62,169 nucleotides of DNA, filler included, from Barthelona sp. PAP020 (GCA_040182905.1; 11 parts of 11 records of this genome joined end to end with filler, not necessarily neighbours in it), one strand, 5' to 3'; counted from the whole stretch's first letter, positions 1 to 11,733 are shown. Notes: generated by a model from the sequence alone, not told the origin. Numbers and translations: made by a program.

Positions 1-914
1 GGTGTTATACATGCAATTAACAAAGTAAAACTATTTCCTCCCAATGAATCTGCCAATAATCTTGTTAATTTTGAGTCTCTATAGGGAATATATCCAGGGC
101 TTTTTTTTTGAAGAGTCTTAATAATTCTTGCAAGTACAAATAACCCATAATTTACATTTATTGCCTCCTTTTGAACTTGCTTTTGTGAGGTGGCAGAGAT
201 TCTTTCAGAACCAGCCAAATCAACCAAATGAAACTTGGAAAGTATCAATTCATTTTTCTGCTTTTTTAATAAATACAAAGTTAAGATGGCATGACTTCTA
301 CTGGACCTTTTGTTATAATTATTGTCCCCTGCTATTCTGTTGCGACTTCCTTTTTCTAATATATCATAAAATTGTTCTATTGAAGTAATATCTTCTTCTT
401 TCGCACCTTTACAAATAACATTCCCGTCAGAGGCCTCTCTAAGAGAAACAATACCCTCAGGATTCAACAAATCTCTCAATTCTCGTTGATATATTTCAAC
501 AAAGGTGCAGCATAATTGAGAGTCATTGTCAATACTATGAATGATATCTTGTAATAATCGAGGAATTACACCCTGAGAAGTGGGATGTTTTTGGTCATGA
601 AAATATTCAGTGCCCATTGTGTATGATTTACCTGAATTTGTTATACCATAAGCTAAAATAGTGCAATTAAATCCTTGAATAAATGAGTTTGCATATGATG
701 AAACAACAGAATCATAAAACACTTCTTGTGTTGAAGAAGGAGTAAAAATAGAATCGAATTCAAAAAGGTCATGTTCAGGAATAGAAATAATCGATTTCGT
801 TTCATCAAATTTCAAAATATCATCTTGATGAGACAATTCTTCTGATGGTAATAATGGTCGTATTCTGCAAGCAACTTGTATGGAGCTTTTAATGATATTT
901 TCATCATTATTCAT
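1..914 (-). CDS. Kinesin motor domain protein, 3' part outside the window (kinesin-4-like)
   Basis: Manual translation from ATG 914: IQVACRIRP, GFNCTILAYGITNSGKSYTMGT (P-loop), SSRSHAI, FHLVDLAGSER, IPYRDSKLTRLLADSLGG. Absent from the ORF track because it runs off the edge. Confidence 0.95.
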   Translation of the reverse strand, partial: MNNDENIIKSSIQVACRIRPLLPSEELSHQDDILKFDETKSIISIPEHDLFEFDSIFTPSSTQEVFYDSVVSSYANSFIQGFNCTILAYGITNSGKSYTMGTEYFHDQKHPTSQGVIPRLLQDIIHSIDNDSQLCCTFVEIYQRELRDLLNPEGIVSLREASDGNVICKGAKEEDITSIEQFYDILEKGSRNRIAGDNNYNKRSSRSHAILTLYLLKKQKNELILSKFHLVDLAGSERISATSQKQVQKEAINVNYGLFVLARIIKTLQKKSPGYIPYRDSKLTRLLADSLGGNSFTLLIACIT

Positions 915-1328
915 CAAGTTTAAAGAAAAATGTGTGGAAAATTATTTCATTCATCATTTTTCAAAATAAAAGAACATCAATAATATTTAATCTTTACATC
1001 ATTTATTGAATAGTAACAATTTGAAAATGAAACACAAAGACTCAAGGTTGTGTTAGGAGCTTTTGTAACAGTTTCTACAATTGAAGGAATAAAGAACATC
1101 AAAATAAGCAACAATATTAATTTCTTTTGATTGAACATGTTATTTGAAAGCAGAATTTTTCTTTTAAAAGAAAAGCCGCTGTATTTAATATATTTTGCAA
1201 AAACAACCAAATAAACAAATAAAATGGACACTAATTTGTATATTTAAAATAAATTTAGATGACAAATTGAACATATCTCGAAATTGTTACAATTTTTTTT
1301 TTTTTTTTCGTAAAATGACACATTAAAT

Positions 1329-1844
1329 TTAATTTTTCTGAACTATTGATTGTGCCAAACTGGATATACAGTGTTTTCCCGATGAAAATGGCACTAAAGG
1401 GGATGATGGAATAGGATTTGATGGATTGTAAAATTGATCAATGTGTGAAGGAATATAAGAACTTGAATCAATTTTTGACTTATGGGGAGATGTTTTCGTT
1501 TTTAAAAAAACTTTTGATTTAAAATTGAAGCTTTCACAAAATAAACCTCCAATTCTGAAATGTGCGCTAATAATATGTTCGACTTCATTTTTTAACTCAT
1601 TACAATTATATATTTCTATTCTTTCTTGAAAATTATCCAAATGTTCAAAAAGAATTTCCAATTGTTTCAAAAAGTGAATACCTTCATCTTCATACAAATC
1701 TTTCACTCCATCCAAATATTCTTGTGTTTGTGTTCGCAACATAATATATCTTCGCGTTAACTTTGCAAAGTCAAATTGATATTTTTTCAGCTCTTCTTGA
1801 GAAAGATGTACAAATTTCATCTGTACCAATGATTTCTTAAACAA
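1329..1844 (-). CDS. Hypothetical protein; start uncertain
   Basis: 171-codon ORF with protein-like composition and no recognised motif. Confidence 0.5.
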   Translation of the reverse strand: MFKKSLVQMKFVHLSQEELKKYQFDFAKLTRRYIMLRTQTQEYLDGVKDLYEDEGIHFLKQLEILFEHLDNFQERIEIYNCNELKNEVEHIISAHFRIGGLFCESFNFKSKVFLKTKTSPHKSKIDSSSYIPSHIDQFYNPSNPIPSSPLVPFSSGKHCISSLAQSIVQKN

Positions 1845-2159
1845 TTAAATTAATTATTACAAAGTGAAAGACAACTCAAAACAATAATTTTTTTCTGAAC
1901 AATTTCATTTTTTTTTTGGCGTTTTAGAACTGCACCTTCTTTTTTTTTACAGTTGTTTTGATTCATTTGTTTTTGTGGAGTTAAAAATTCCTTTCAATCA
2001 GTTTTTGTTTGCCTTTTAAAACTTTTTTTGTATTTTATAGCAGATTAGTCTTTTTCACAAATGTTTCAAGATAAACTTTTTAAGGGGTTTATTTTTTGCT
2101 GATTTTTTTGTGGAAAAACGATTTTTCTAATAAAGTGAAGAAAAAACAAAAATTTTATT

Positions 2160-2749
2160 TTATTTTTTGTTTGTCCGTGTGTTTTGAATTGATTTTTTAT
2201 GTACCTTGTAATGACACGCCAAATCAAAATTTTCTAGACCTAATAAAGCTTCTATTGCTTTACATGAGTCATTTTCTTCATTTTCTTCTAATAAACCACA
2301 ATTCCAAATAGATATGGCAGCATACTTAGTTCTGTCACAATATGATATTCCAGCAACACCTTGAGGTATAAAATTTAATTTTCCTCCAATGAAAGCAAGT
2401 ATTAAATCTTCCCATACATGTGATCCAATTTCGCGAGGAATATGCAAAGCAAATTTCCCTCCATTAACATTAGCTTCATGTTCCCAAAGAGGATCAACAT
2501 TTTCTCTGAATAAAAAATAATAACCTCCATTTGTCATGTTGTCTGGTCTGATTAAATGGGAATAGACATGCCAAAATCTCTCAACAGTGTCAAAACTTGC
2601 AATTGATTGCATGGAATCTTTAAATGAAGCTGCTGAATTTTTGGAAGTGTCTCTTCTTGTGTAATAAAATTTGAAACTATCACCTAGAGTTGTTAGAAGA
2701 GGATTAAGATAAATGTGTTACATAATGGGTGTGTTTTTGCAGTAGACAT
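2160..2749 (-). CDS. eIF4E: eIF4E family cap-binding protein, class II (4EHP-like); intron 2684-2721
   Basis: Spliced N-terminus MSTAKTHPLCDSFKFYY, then FDTVERFW, YSHLIRP, PLWEHEANVNGG, WEDLILAFIG. Trp43/Trp56 equivalents are Phe, as in class II. 38-nt intron GTAACA...CTAACAACTCTAG restores the HPL motif. Confidence 0.92.
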
Positions 2750-2901
2750 GTGTCTTAAGGATACAATATAATCAGTTTAAAAAAAAAAACTTTTTTTCTT
2801 TTTTTTATTAGTGATTAACCTTTGAAAATATCTCGATATTTTGTCAATTAACAATAACATATAAAATTTTTCAATGAAAAAATGAAAATGAAAACCATGC
2901 A

Positions 2902-5445
2902 ATGGATATTGTTTTGCATCTTCAGACCGTTAATGTTGAATATCGTTTGAAAAAGTTATTACGACAAGAATTAAATGTTGAACAAGACAATGTTGTGAAG
3001 TTTTTGATTGATAATGCTTTGCTATCTTCCAATTTAGATGAATTTATGCAATATTCAAAGCAATTCCAATTGGACATTCAATTAGTTGAAAAAATTTATT
3101 CAATGGTTCAGGAAATGCATCCGAAAGGCAGAGTAAATCCAATGATAAGAACCATGGATCAGATATTTGCTCAAAATAATGATGATAATGACATACAAAT
3201 AATATCAAAAACTAATTCTTTTGAATTACAGCAACTAAAACAAGCAGGAGTTGATCAAACAACAATTAATTTGCAAAATACAGAAGTTGAAGATTATCCA
3301 GATTTTCCATTGGTTAAAAAAGAATTTATTCCTTCTTTTTTGCAAGGAAAGACCCTGAAGAATTATGATTTTTTGGCTTCAAATGTAGAAAAAGAAATTA
3401 TTGCTGAAAGTTTTTCCAGGGCTAATTTAAAATTATATGGCGATAATGAAGACAAAATTGGATTAAGAAAAAAACGATCCAGATATTTTTCAAGTAAATC
3501 AAAAATGAATGAATCAAGAGTAAATTTACCCACATTACCAATAGATTTATATGCAGACCGTATTATTAAATCTATTAACACAAATCAGGTTGTTGTTATT
3601 GAAGGTGAAACAGGCTGTGGTAAGTCAACAAGAATTGGTCAGATACTCCTCAGAAATTTCGGTGATGTTAAGATTGGAATCACACAACCTCGGAGAGTTG
3701 CTGCTGTTTCACTTGCAAATCATGTTGCTAGTGAAATGAACTGTAGTGTGGGCGATTTGGTGGGATATTCAGTTCGATTTGATTCTAAGAAAACTGATAA
3801 TACAAAGATTGAATATGTAACTGATGGAATGATGTTAAGATTTGCCTTACAAGATGAACTTTTGTCAAAATATTCAATAATTGTTGTTGATGAAGCCCAT
3901 GAACGTTCTGTTTCATCGGATATTTTATTGGGTTTGTTAAAAATGATAATAGAAAAAAGAAAAGATCTTAAACTTGTTATTACCTCAGCCACCATGAACG
4001 TGAGTGTATTTTTAAATTTTTTTAATAGTCAGGCGCATATTAGTGTTCCAGGAAGGTTATTCCCAATTGAAACTATTTATTTGGATAATATTGAACCCAA
4101 TCCTTTAGAAAAAGCCTTTGAAAAATGTGTAGAGATTCACGAACATATGCCTGAAGGAGATATTCTTGTTTTTCTTACGGGACAAGTAGAAATAGAGCAA
4201 TTTTGTCAAAAGTTAGAAGAAACAATGAAATATTTAAAGTTGCCAATGTGTAAAATTATGCCTTTATATGCTGCTTTACCTGTTGAAGAACAAATGAGTG
4301 TATTTGAATCAGTAAATATCCGAAAAATTGTTGTTTCAACAAATATTGCTGAAACTTCCATCACTATTGATGGAATTGTATATGTTATTGATGTTGGCTT
4401 TGTAAAGGAATCTCACTATTCCGCTTTTCTTGGAATGAATGAATTAAAGGTTGTTCCTGTATCAAAGGCCAGTGCTGATCAAAGAAAAGGAAGAGCTGGT
4501 AGAACAAGAAATGGATTTTGTTTTCGAATGTTCACAGAAATGCAATATTTGAAAGATATGATGGATGAAACATCCCCAGAAATTACACGATCCAATTTAT
4601 CCAATATTTTACTGATGTTGAAAGCATTGAATATTGTCTCCGTTGAGAATTTTCCATTTCTGACAAAACCACCAATTGATCAAATTAATCAAGCTTTGAG
4701 AATTTTGTTTCATTTGAATGCTTTAAACAATATGGGAAAATTAACTTCACATGGGCAAAGAATGGTTGATATTCCTTTAGATCCTTGTTTGGCCACATTT
4801 TTATTAAAGTCAGTCGATTTTTCTTGTTCAAAAGAAGCTGTTATTGTGGCAGCAATGCTTTCTGTGTCAAACATTTTTGTGCGACCTCAAGACAAAATAG
4901 AACTGGCTGATCGAGCAAAATTTTCTTTTCATTCTAAATTTGGAGATCACTTTACTTTATTGAATGTTTACATGGATTTTCAAAAGGAAAATTTCAACAA
5001 TCGCAAAAATTGGTGCAAAAAGAATTTTATTAATTTTAAAAACATTCAGCATGCGCTAAAAATTCAGGAACAAATTATTGAAATTTGTCAGTTGAATAAA
5101 ATACCTTTGATCAATTTGAAAAAACCAGAAGATTTGTTAAAGAGTTTATGTTGTGGGTTTTTTCTTCAATCTGCTCAAAGAGTTTCCAATACAAAATATA
5201 AAATATTTTCTGATGAACAAATTGTTTATATTCATCCTAGTTCGTCTTTATTTCATCAACCGCCAAAGACTATTTTGTTTCATCATATGATTTTCACATC
5301 CAAAGAGTATTTGTTGGGTTGTTCAAAGATTAATTCGAAGTGGTTGAATGATGTGGCTCCAAATTTCTTTTCCTCCAACACAATTATTAACAAATTATCC
5401 TCCAGAACCGATGATTCAAAATGGCGTGTTTCTTTTAAACGTTAA
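2902..5445 (+). CDS. PRP22: DEAH-box pre-mRNA splicing helicase, Prp22/DHX8-like
   Basis: GETGCGKST, TQPRRVAA, DEAHER, SAT, STNIAETS, QRKGRAGRT; C-terminal WRVS motif typical of Prp22. Confidence 0.85.
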   Translation: MDIVLHLQTVNVEYRLKKLLRQELNVEQDNVVKFLIDNALLSSNLDEFMQYSKQFQLDIQLVEKIYSMVQEMHPKGRVNPMIRTMDQIFAQNNDDNDIQIISKTNSFELQQLKQAGVDQTTINLQNTEVEDYPDFPLVKKEFIPSFLQGKTLKNYDFLASNVEKEIIAESFSRANLKLYGDNEDKIGLRKKRSRYFSSKSKMNESRVNLPTLPIDLYADRIIKSINTNQVVVIEGETGCGKSTRIGQILLRNFGDVKIGITQPRRVAAVSLANHVASEMNCSVGDLVGYSVRFDSKKTDNTKIEYVTDGMMLRFALQDELLSKYSIIVVDEAHERSVSSDILLGLLKMIIEKRKDLKLVITSATMNVSVFLNFFNSQAHISVPGRLFPIETIYLDNIEPNPLEKAFEKCVEIHEHMPEGDILVFLTGQVEIEQFCQKLEETMKYLKLPMCKIMPLYAALPVEEQMSVFESVNIRKIVVSTNIAETSITIDGIVYVIDVGFVKESHYSAFLGMNELKVVPVSKASADQRKGRAGRTRNGFCFRMFTEMQYLKDMMDETSPEITRSNLSNILLMLKALNIVSVENFPFLTKPPIDQINQALRILFHLNALNNMGKLTSHGQRMVDIPLDPCLATFLLKSVDFSCSKEAVIVAAMLSVSNIFVRPQDKIELADRAKFSFHSKFGDHFTLLNVYMDFQKENFNNRKNWCKKNFINFKNIQHALKIQEQIIEICQLNKIPLINLKKPEDLLKSLCCGFFLQSAQRVSNTKYKIFSDEQIVYIHPSSSLFHQPPKTILFHHMIFTSKEYLLGCSKINSKWLNDVAPNFFSSNTIINKLSSRTDDSKWRVSFKR

Positions 5446-5612
5446 TAATGTAAAAATAAAAGGAGAATACAGTTTGTTTACACTTTTTTATTATTATTTC
5501 AGCAATTAATGCTATTCTTTCAAATTGGGTTTGAAGCTATTTTTTCTTGATTCCATCAAAGAAAAAGAACTGTGCCTTGACATTACTTTAAGTCCACTAG
5601 CATACCAAGTTC

Positions 5613-5712
5613 NNNNNNNNNNNNNNNNNNNNNNNNNNNNNNNNNNNNNNNNNNNNTTAATTAATTAANNNNNNNNNNNNNNNNNNNNNNNNNNNNNNNN
5701 NNNNNNNNNNNN
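5613..5712. other. Artificial 100-nt contig spacer. Same spacer at 11325-11424, 17188-17287, 22876-22975, 28561-28660, 34192-34291, 39814-39913, 45420-45519, 51014-51113, 56606-56705
   Basis: Identical N-run + TTAATTAATTAA (stops in all six frames) + N-run; genes are cut at these positions. Confidence 0.99.
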
Positions 5713-6047
5713 TTTTCAACAGATCAATCGGGCCTCGAAAGCCTTTAACCAAATAAACACTATTCTTTTTTATTCACTCATACGCACAGTGCTTCTTGGC
5801 TTGGAAATAAAGTCCACTAACGAAATAACTATATTTGTTTACAAAGAATATAAATTTCAGTCAAAATCCCCGGAGGGTTGAGAGACTGAATTATAACTTT
5901 AAAAAATCCAAAATTTTAAAGTTTTAACTATATTTTGAAAAATCAAAATCTTCAATAAATATATGTCGGGCCTTGAAAGTCTTTAACCCAATAAACACTA
6001 ATTTTTCTCATTCATTTATTCACCCAAAGTTTCCTGACCTGAATAAA
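5713..6047 (+). repeat. Dispersed repeat family C: one partial unit plus one diverged tandem unit
   Basis: TTTTCAACAGATCAATCGGGCCTCGAAAGCCTTTAACC...CATACGCACAGTGCTTCTTGGCTTGGAAATAA also occurs near 11635-11731 and 57503-57600; a diverged second unit (TCGGGCCTTGAAAGTCTTTAACC) lies near 5967. Confidence 0.9.
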
Positions 6048-6457
6048 AATTTGACTTTGTTAATCTTCCACCAGAAGTAGTTTTTGCCACAATTGAAGGG
6101 AAACAATTTTCAAAATGTTGGTGAAGCATCCCATTGCACCTTATCTAATTTAATCTATGTTTTGTAATTTGGTTGGACTCTTTTATGCAAATTATTGAAG
6201 TAAATACATCATAAACTAAATAATAGAAAAGCAGAAAGAGATTCTTTAGTTTCAAAGATATCCTTTTTTTTTTTTTCACTTTTCTTTTGTTAAGTGTTGA
6301 TTTTTCTTCTTTAGATAAAGTATTTTATGTATCAATATAACAAATTTTGAAATACACATTGAAATGAAGTATGTGTTCAAAAGTTTTTACTCTTTTCCTT
6401 TTTTCCTTCATTTTATTCCTTTATTTTCCATTTTAATCGAATCAAAATTAAAATCTA

Positions 6458-8995
6458 ATGGAATTAATGGAAGCTGAGGTTAAAAACCATTTAAAGAGGT
6501 TTTTAAATTTATTTGAAATTGATGGTTTATTTGTATATATTGAGCAGTTAAATAATATTATTGATAGGGAAGGAGTGACATTAAATGTTGATTGGAATCA
6601 TTTGGTTGATTTTTCAGGTCAAGACGATTTATCTTTTGAAATATTGAAGACCTTACGTAATCATTGGTATATGCTGATACCTACGACACGTACTGTAGTG
6701 GTAGAGTTTTTTAGACAACACTACAGTGATTATGTTGAATCATTTCCTGAAAAAACATTGTTTCATATGAATTTATTGAATGTTAGCAATGAAAAAAGTG
6801 TTCGAGATTTAAGAACGGACGATATTGGGTCCTTATGTTCTATTAGAGGTGTCGTAACCCGTACAACGCAAATTAGTCCCGAAATATTGTATGCAACGTA
6901 TAAATGTGAAAAATGTGGAACGCTTATAAAAGATGTTGAGCAACAATTTGTTTTAGAAGATAAGCCTTTTGCATGTACTGGTACTATTGAGGGTGGAACC
7001 GGAGGAACTCAAACTAGACCTTGTGATTCTGGAGAATTTTCATTAGTCGTTGGTGATTGTATATTTACTGATTGGCAAAGAGTTAGAATTCAAGAGCTAT
7101 CAGAAGAAATGCCGGCGGGGAGTATGCCAAGAACAATGGACATTATTTTGCGGGGAGAAACTGTTGAATTAACAAAGCCTGGTGATAGAATTGCAGTTGC
7201 TGGTTGTTTAATTGTTGTTCCTGATCAAAGAGGATTAATGTCTCGTGGTGAACGCCGAACAATGGTTGGTACTAGAACTAGACCACAACCTGGGGTTGTT
7301 GGTAGTCAGGGATTGAAAGGTTCATCAGTGAAAGAATTACGATTCAGAATGTGCTTTCTTTCTTCGGGCATACAGTTTTTGGGAAGCAATAAAGAAATTG
7401 AGGAATGGGAACCGGAAACTCAACAACAATTTATGAATTCTTTATCTGTTCGTGAAAGAGAAACTTTGTTATCTATGGGATCTATGTCTGATATTTATGA
7501 AAAAATGGTTCAATCAATATGCCCTTCAATTTTTGGACATGATGAGATAAAAAGAGGATTGTTATTACAAATGCTTGGTGGTGTTCACAAAAAATCTGCA
7601 GATGGTACTTCCCGCCGAGGTGATATTAATGTCTGTATTGTTGGTGATCCAAGTCTTGCAAAATCTCAATTTCTTAAGTATGTGAGCGGTATGTTGCAGA
7701 GAGCCGTTTACACATCTGGTAGAGCTTCTTCAGCTGCTGGTTTGACTGCATCTGTCACTCGAGATACTGAAACTGGTGAATTTGCAATTGAAGCGGGTGC
7801 ATTAATGTTGGCTGACAATGGTCTGTGTTGTATTGATGAATTTGAAAAAATGTCATATGGAGATCAGGTAGCTATTCATGAAGTTATGGAACAACAAACA
7901 ATTTCTATTGCAAAAGCTGGTATACAAGCCACATTGAAAGCAAAAACAAGTATTTTAGCTGCAGCCAATCCAATTGGAGGACGTTATGATCGTTCCAGAT
8001 CTTTGAAAGCAAATCTTTCCTTGACTCCAGCAATTATGTCTAGATTTGATTTATTTTTTGTTGTATTGGATGAGTGTGATCCAACCATTGATTCTGGTAT
8101 TGCTCAACACATTATCAATTATCATATGAATGATATTACCAGCACATCTGGTTATTTCCCAAAAGAACATATTCAATTGTATATTCGTTTTGCTAAAACT
8201 GTTCATCCTATTTTTACCCAAGAAGCCATGTTGACTTGTCTTGAAGAATACAGGCTTTTACGTCAAGCTGATGGTCAACCTGGAAAACCTGCATACAGAA
8301 TTACTGTTCGACAGTTAGAATCATTGATACGATTATCTGAAGCACTAGCCAGATTACATTTATCCAACTATGTCGATTCAAACATGGTTTTAGAGGCTTC
8401 CCGTTTATTCCAACGTAGTAGACTTAGAGTGGATGAAGGAAGTATGGATTTGAATGTTGTTGTATCTGATTTTGGTTTGGAAGTCTCAGAACCAGAAGAT
8501 GAAGTTATGGTTGAACAAATTGAGCCAATAATTGAACGTGGTGAAGGAGAGTTGAGTGAACGAATTCAATCCACTTCTGAAAGCATTGTTGAAGAACATG
8601 CAGAGTCTGAAAGCCTCAGAACTGAAACAACAGAATCCATGGAGACAACCGAAACAGCAACTGATTCTGCACCTATTTTACAAAGAAAGAAAATGACCAT
8701 ACCAAAATTACGATTCAGAAAGATAACCAGATTGATAACAATATTCTTTTCAGATGATATTCACAGGGAAACACATGGTGTTTCCATTGGAGAATTAATA
8801 ACATATATTATGGAACAAGCTTATGAATTAAGATTGTACACCAGTGTAGAAGAAGCTTTAGATTTTAAAGTAATGGTTGTTGCCATTATTCGTCGTTTAT
8901 TAAGCAAAGATAATGTTTTGTTGTATCTCACAGAAAGTTCTAATCAATGGGAAACATCTATCGTCACATTAAACCCCAATTTTTCACAAAGATAG
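6458..8995 (+). CDS. MCM6: Replicative helicase subunit MCM6
   Basis: Zn finger CEKC...C...C; PAGSMPRTMDIILRGE; RGDINVCIVGDPSLAKSQFLK; SSAAGLTA; IDEFEKM; MSRFDLFF; YRITVRQLES. Confidence 0.95.
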   Translation: MELMEAEVKNHLKRFLNLFEIDGLFVYIEQLNNIIDREGVTLNVDWNHLVDFSGQDDLSFEILKTLRNHWYMLIPTTRTVVVEFFRQHYSDYVESFPEKTLFHMNLLNVSNEKSVRDLRTDDIGSLCSIRGVVTRTTQISPEILYATYKCEKCGTLIKDVEQQFVLEDKPFACTGTIEGGTGGTQTRPCDSGEFSLVVGDCIFTDWQRVRIQELSEEMPAGSMPRTMDIILRGETVELTKPGDRIAVAGCLIVVPDQRGLMSRGERRTMVGTRTRPQPGVVGSQGLKGSSVKELRFRMCFLSSGIQFLGSNKEIEEWEPETQQQFMNSLSVRERETLLSMGSMSDIYEKMVQSICPSIFGHDEIKRGLLLQMLGGVHKKSADGTSRRGDINVCIVGDPSLAKSQFLKYVSGMLQRAVYTSGRASSAAGLTASVTRDTETGEFAIEAGALMLADNGLCCIDEFEKMSYGDQVAIHEVMEQQTISIAKAGIQATLKAKTSILAAANPIGGRYDRSRSLKANLSLTPAIMSRFDLFFVVLDECDPTIDSGIAQHIINYHMNDITSTSGYFPKEHIQLYIRFAKTVHPIFTQEAMLTCLEEYRLLRQADGQPGKPAYRITVRQLESLIRLSEALARLHLSNYVDSNMVLEASRLFQRSRLRVDEGSMDLNVVVSDFGLEVSEPEDEVMVEQIEPIIERGEGELSERIQSTSESIVEEHAESESLRTETTESMETTETATDSAPILQRKKMTIPKLRFRKITRLITIFFSDDIHRETHGVSIGELITYIMEQAYELRLYTSVEEALDFKVMVVAIIRRLLSKDNVLLYLTESSNQWETSIVTLNPNFSQR

Positions 8996-9463
8996 TCTTT
9001 AATAAATATTCTTTTTTTTTTTAAAAAGAAAATGAGAGTTATTCAAACCAGGATTTTTATTTTCAAGATCAAAATTTCCTTTACTTCTTCTTTTTCTTCA
9101 AGGTCTCTTCCACTATGAAAACTTCAGAATGAATTAAAAAGAAAAGTAAACAATATGATGAAGTGAAGTAAAATAGTAGGTCAGAGATTCTTTATTGGTT
9201 GTTAAAGTATTTTGTTTCGCATACTGAATCGACCATCTTCTCTTCTGAACAACCAATAAAAATTTGGATTTGAAAAAGAGGCCCAATTGATACAATGTTG
9301 TTATCTATCAATCAACAGTCATTCGACCTCAATTTTATCCGAATTATTTTGCAAAATAAAAATAAAACATACACACAACATTTTATCAAATTTCTTTCTA
9401 TCTCTAATTTTTCAAAACTTCATCAATATGTCATATATACGTATGAAATTGTTTCAAAAAAAT

Positions 9464-11089
9464 TTATTCGTTGGTCAAATTTAATGTGAAGTTACGAATG
9501 TCAGAACAAGGCCCCCAGAATTGGATTGGACCGGGAGAACGATAATGATCTTCAACTCTCCAAGAATTTCTTAATTCTTCAAACTTCTTAAATGCAGGGC
9601 CATCAAGTTCAACTAAAGCTTTGGTGATAACAGGAACTTCTTTACCATGTCTGACTTCCAAATCCATCATACCTACCAAAGGTAAACCACCAGCTTGCCA
9701 TTCAGATGAAGGTTTGTGTAAATCCCACACACGAGACATTAATCCAGTTAAACCAGAAGCAATCAAGGAACCAGCAGTTTGACCTAAAGCATAACAGTAG
9801 TCACAATCAAAATTGGAAGGCAAACCACAACGACCCTCATAACCAAAGAAATGACTGAGGGGGGAAAACTTGCCATTGTATAAACCAGCTTCTTTTCTTT
9901 TAGCTAATTCAGCTTCAACACAACCAATCAAAAGAGTTTCAGTTTCAATTCTGGAAACTTGAATATTTCCATGAGGATCTCTTTCCAAGCATAATTGTTC
10001 TTTTGTAGCTTGAGGTAAAGACTCAAAAACGTCTCTATTCTCTTTTAATAAGGGAGCAACTTCTTCAGGAGATAATCTGGTGTTTTCAGGGACCACAACA
10101 TTTAATTCCTTGATTAATTCATTGAATTCAGGAATAAAATCGATAAGACCTTCAGGCAACAAAACAATACCGAAGTTTTTACCAACTTGACTTCTTTCAC
10201 AAATTAGATCAGTTAAATCTTTTGTAATATCAGCCAAAGACATTTCTTTCTTGCCAACTTCCTCACCAACGAAGCAATAATTTGGATGTGTTTGTAAGGC
10301 AGCTTCTAAAGTGATATGAGAAGCAGCTCTTCCCATTAAACGAATGAAATGATAATATTTCTTTGCAGAATTGGCATCAACCATCAAATTTCCAACCAAT
10401 TCCGAATAAATTTTGACAGCAGTATCAAAACCAAAGGATGTTTCAATTTCCTTAGATTTTAAATCACCATCAATAGTCTTGGGAACACCAATGACAGTAC
10501 ATTTTAATTGTTCAGCTTTAAATCTTTCAGCCAAATCTGCAGCATTAGTATTAGAATCATCACCACCAATGACAATTAATCCATCAAGATCTAATTCACG
10601 AACATTTTTAACAACAGCCATAAATTGTTCTTCAGTTTTAATTTTAGTTCTACCAGAACCAATAATATCAAAACCTCCTTGATTACGATAGCCAGCAATA
10701 TATTCTGCGGTTAAAATTTGATATTTCTTATCAACAAGACCTCCAGGACCACCCAAAAAGCCAAATAATTCAGAACCATTGTGATATCTTTCTAAAAAGT
10801 CAAAAATACCGGCAATAACATTATGTCCACCAGGTGCTTGACCACCAGACAAAACAATACCAACCTTCAAAGGAGAATTATCAGCAGAAGCGACTTCTTT
10901 CACAATAACAGGTTGAACATCTTGTGTGGTGGGGTAAAAAGATCTGCAATGATCTTTAATACCAAAATCTTTGATTTCAAAAGGTTCAACTACAACAGCA
11001 GGTTTGGAAAAAACATTTGGAACCTGAGGGTTGTACGTTAAACGAGCATTTTGAACTTCGGAAAAATTTTGTTCACGAATAGTGGTCAT
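9464..11089 (-). CDS. PFP: Pyrophosphate-dependent phosphofructokinase (long clade)
   Basis: SGGQAPGGHNVI, GGDDSNT and PKTIDGD (PPi-type signatures), RLMGRAASH, GYEGR. Confidence 0.96.
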   Translation of the reverse strand: MTTIREQNFSEVQNARLTYNPQVPNVFSKPAVVVEPFEIKDFGIKDHCRSFYPTTQDVQPVIVKEVASADNSPLKVGIVLSGGQAPGGHNVIAGIFDFLERYHNGSELFGFLGGPGGLVDKKYQILTAEYIAGYRNQGGFDIIGSGRTKIKTEEQFMAVVKNVRELDLDGLIVIGGDDSNTNAADLAERFKAEQLKCTVIGVPKTIDGDLKSKEIETSFGFDTAVKIYSELVGNLMVDANSAKKYYHFIRLMGRAASHITLEAALQTHPNYCFVGEEVGKKEMSLADITKDLTDLICERSQVGKNFGIVLLPEGLIDFIPEFNELIKELNVVVPENTRLSPEEVAPLLKENRDVFESLPQATKEQLCLERDPHGNIQVSRIETETLLIGCVEAELAKRKEAGLYNGKFSPLSHFFGYEGRCGLPSNFDCDYCYALGQTAGSLIASGLTGLMSRVWDLHKPSSEWQAGGLPLVGMMDLEVRHGKEVPVITKALVELDGPAFKKFEELRNSWRVEDHYRSPGPIQFWGPCSDIRNFTLNLTNE

Positions 11090-11227
11090 TCTAAATCAAT
11101 AAAATTGATTGGAAAAGTGTTAACAATATTTGAAATGTGATTGAGATTTTTTCTGGAGATTTTAGCTCATCCTTACTTTCTTTTGATTTTCAAAGCTTTT
11201 TTTTCTTTTTGTTTAGCTTAAATACAA

Positions 11228-11324
11228 ATGTCTGTTATTACAAAAGTTTATGGTCGTCAAATTTTTGATTCTCGTGGTAATCCCACTGTTGAAGTTGAAG
11301 TAACTACCGAAGGTGGTGTCTTCC
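11228..11324 (+). CDS. ENO: Enolase, 5' fragment cut by the contig end
   Basis: [25 protein letters not shown] matches the canonical enolase N-terminus. Confidence 0.95.
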
Positions 11325-11424
11325 NNNNNNNNNNNNNNNNNNNNNNNNNNNNNNNNNNNNNNNNNNNNTTAATTAATTAANNNNNNNNNNNNNNNNNNNN
11401 NNNNNNNNNNNNNNNNNNNNNNNN

Positions 11425-11733
11425 CAAGTTGTGAAACAACTATATTTATTTACAAAGAAAAAGTAATCAGAGAAAACTCATTTCATTAAATCTCAGCCAC
11501 AGAAAATGAGTGGCTGCAATTGAATCTTTCTCATCAAGTATTAAATTGTGGAAAAATTTTCCATTCCCATTCTTTTGTATTTTTTGCAAGAGTAAAACTT
11601 TAAAGTTTAAACTTTACCTTGGAAAATCAAAAGTTTTTCAACAGATCAATCGGGCCTCAAAAGCCCTTAACCAAAAAAACACCATTTTTTTTTATTCACT
11701 CATACGCACAGTGTTTCTGGGCTTGGAAATAAC
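11425..11733 (+). repeat. Dispersed repeat family C
   Basis: Aligns with 57150-57601 and 5713-5810; starts at the contig edge. Confidence 0.9.

Noticed and set aside
5657..5668. TTAATTAATTAA recurring about every 5.6 kb, like a regular repeat or array
   Set aside because: Always centred in a 100-nt N spacer; it is an artificial all-frame-stop linker.
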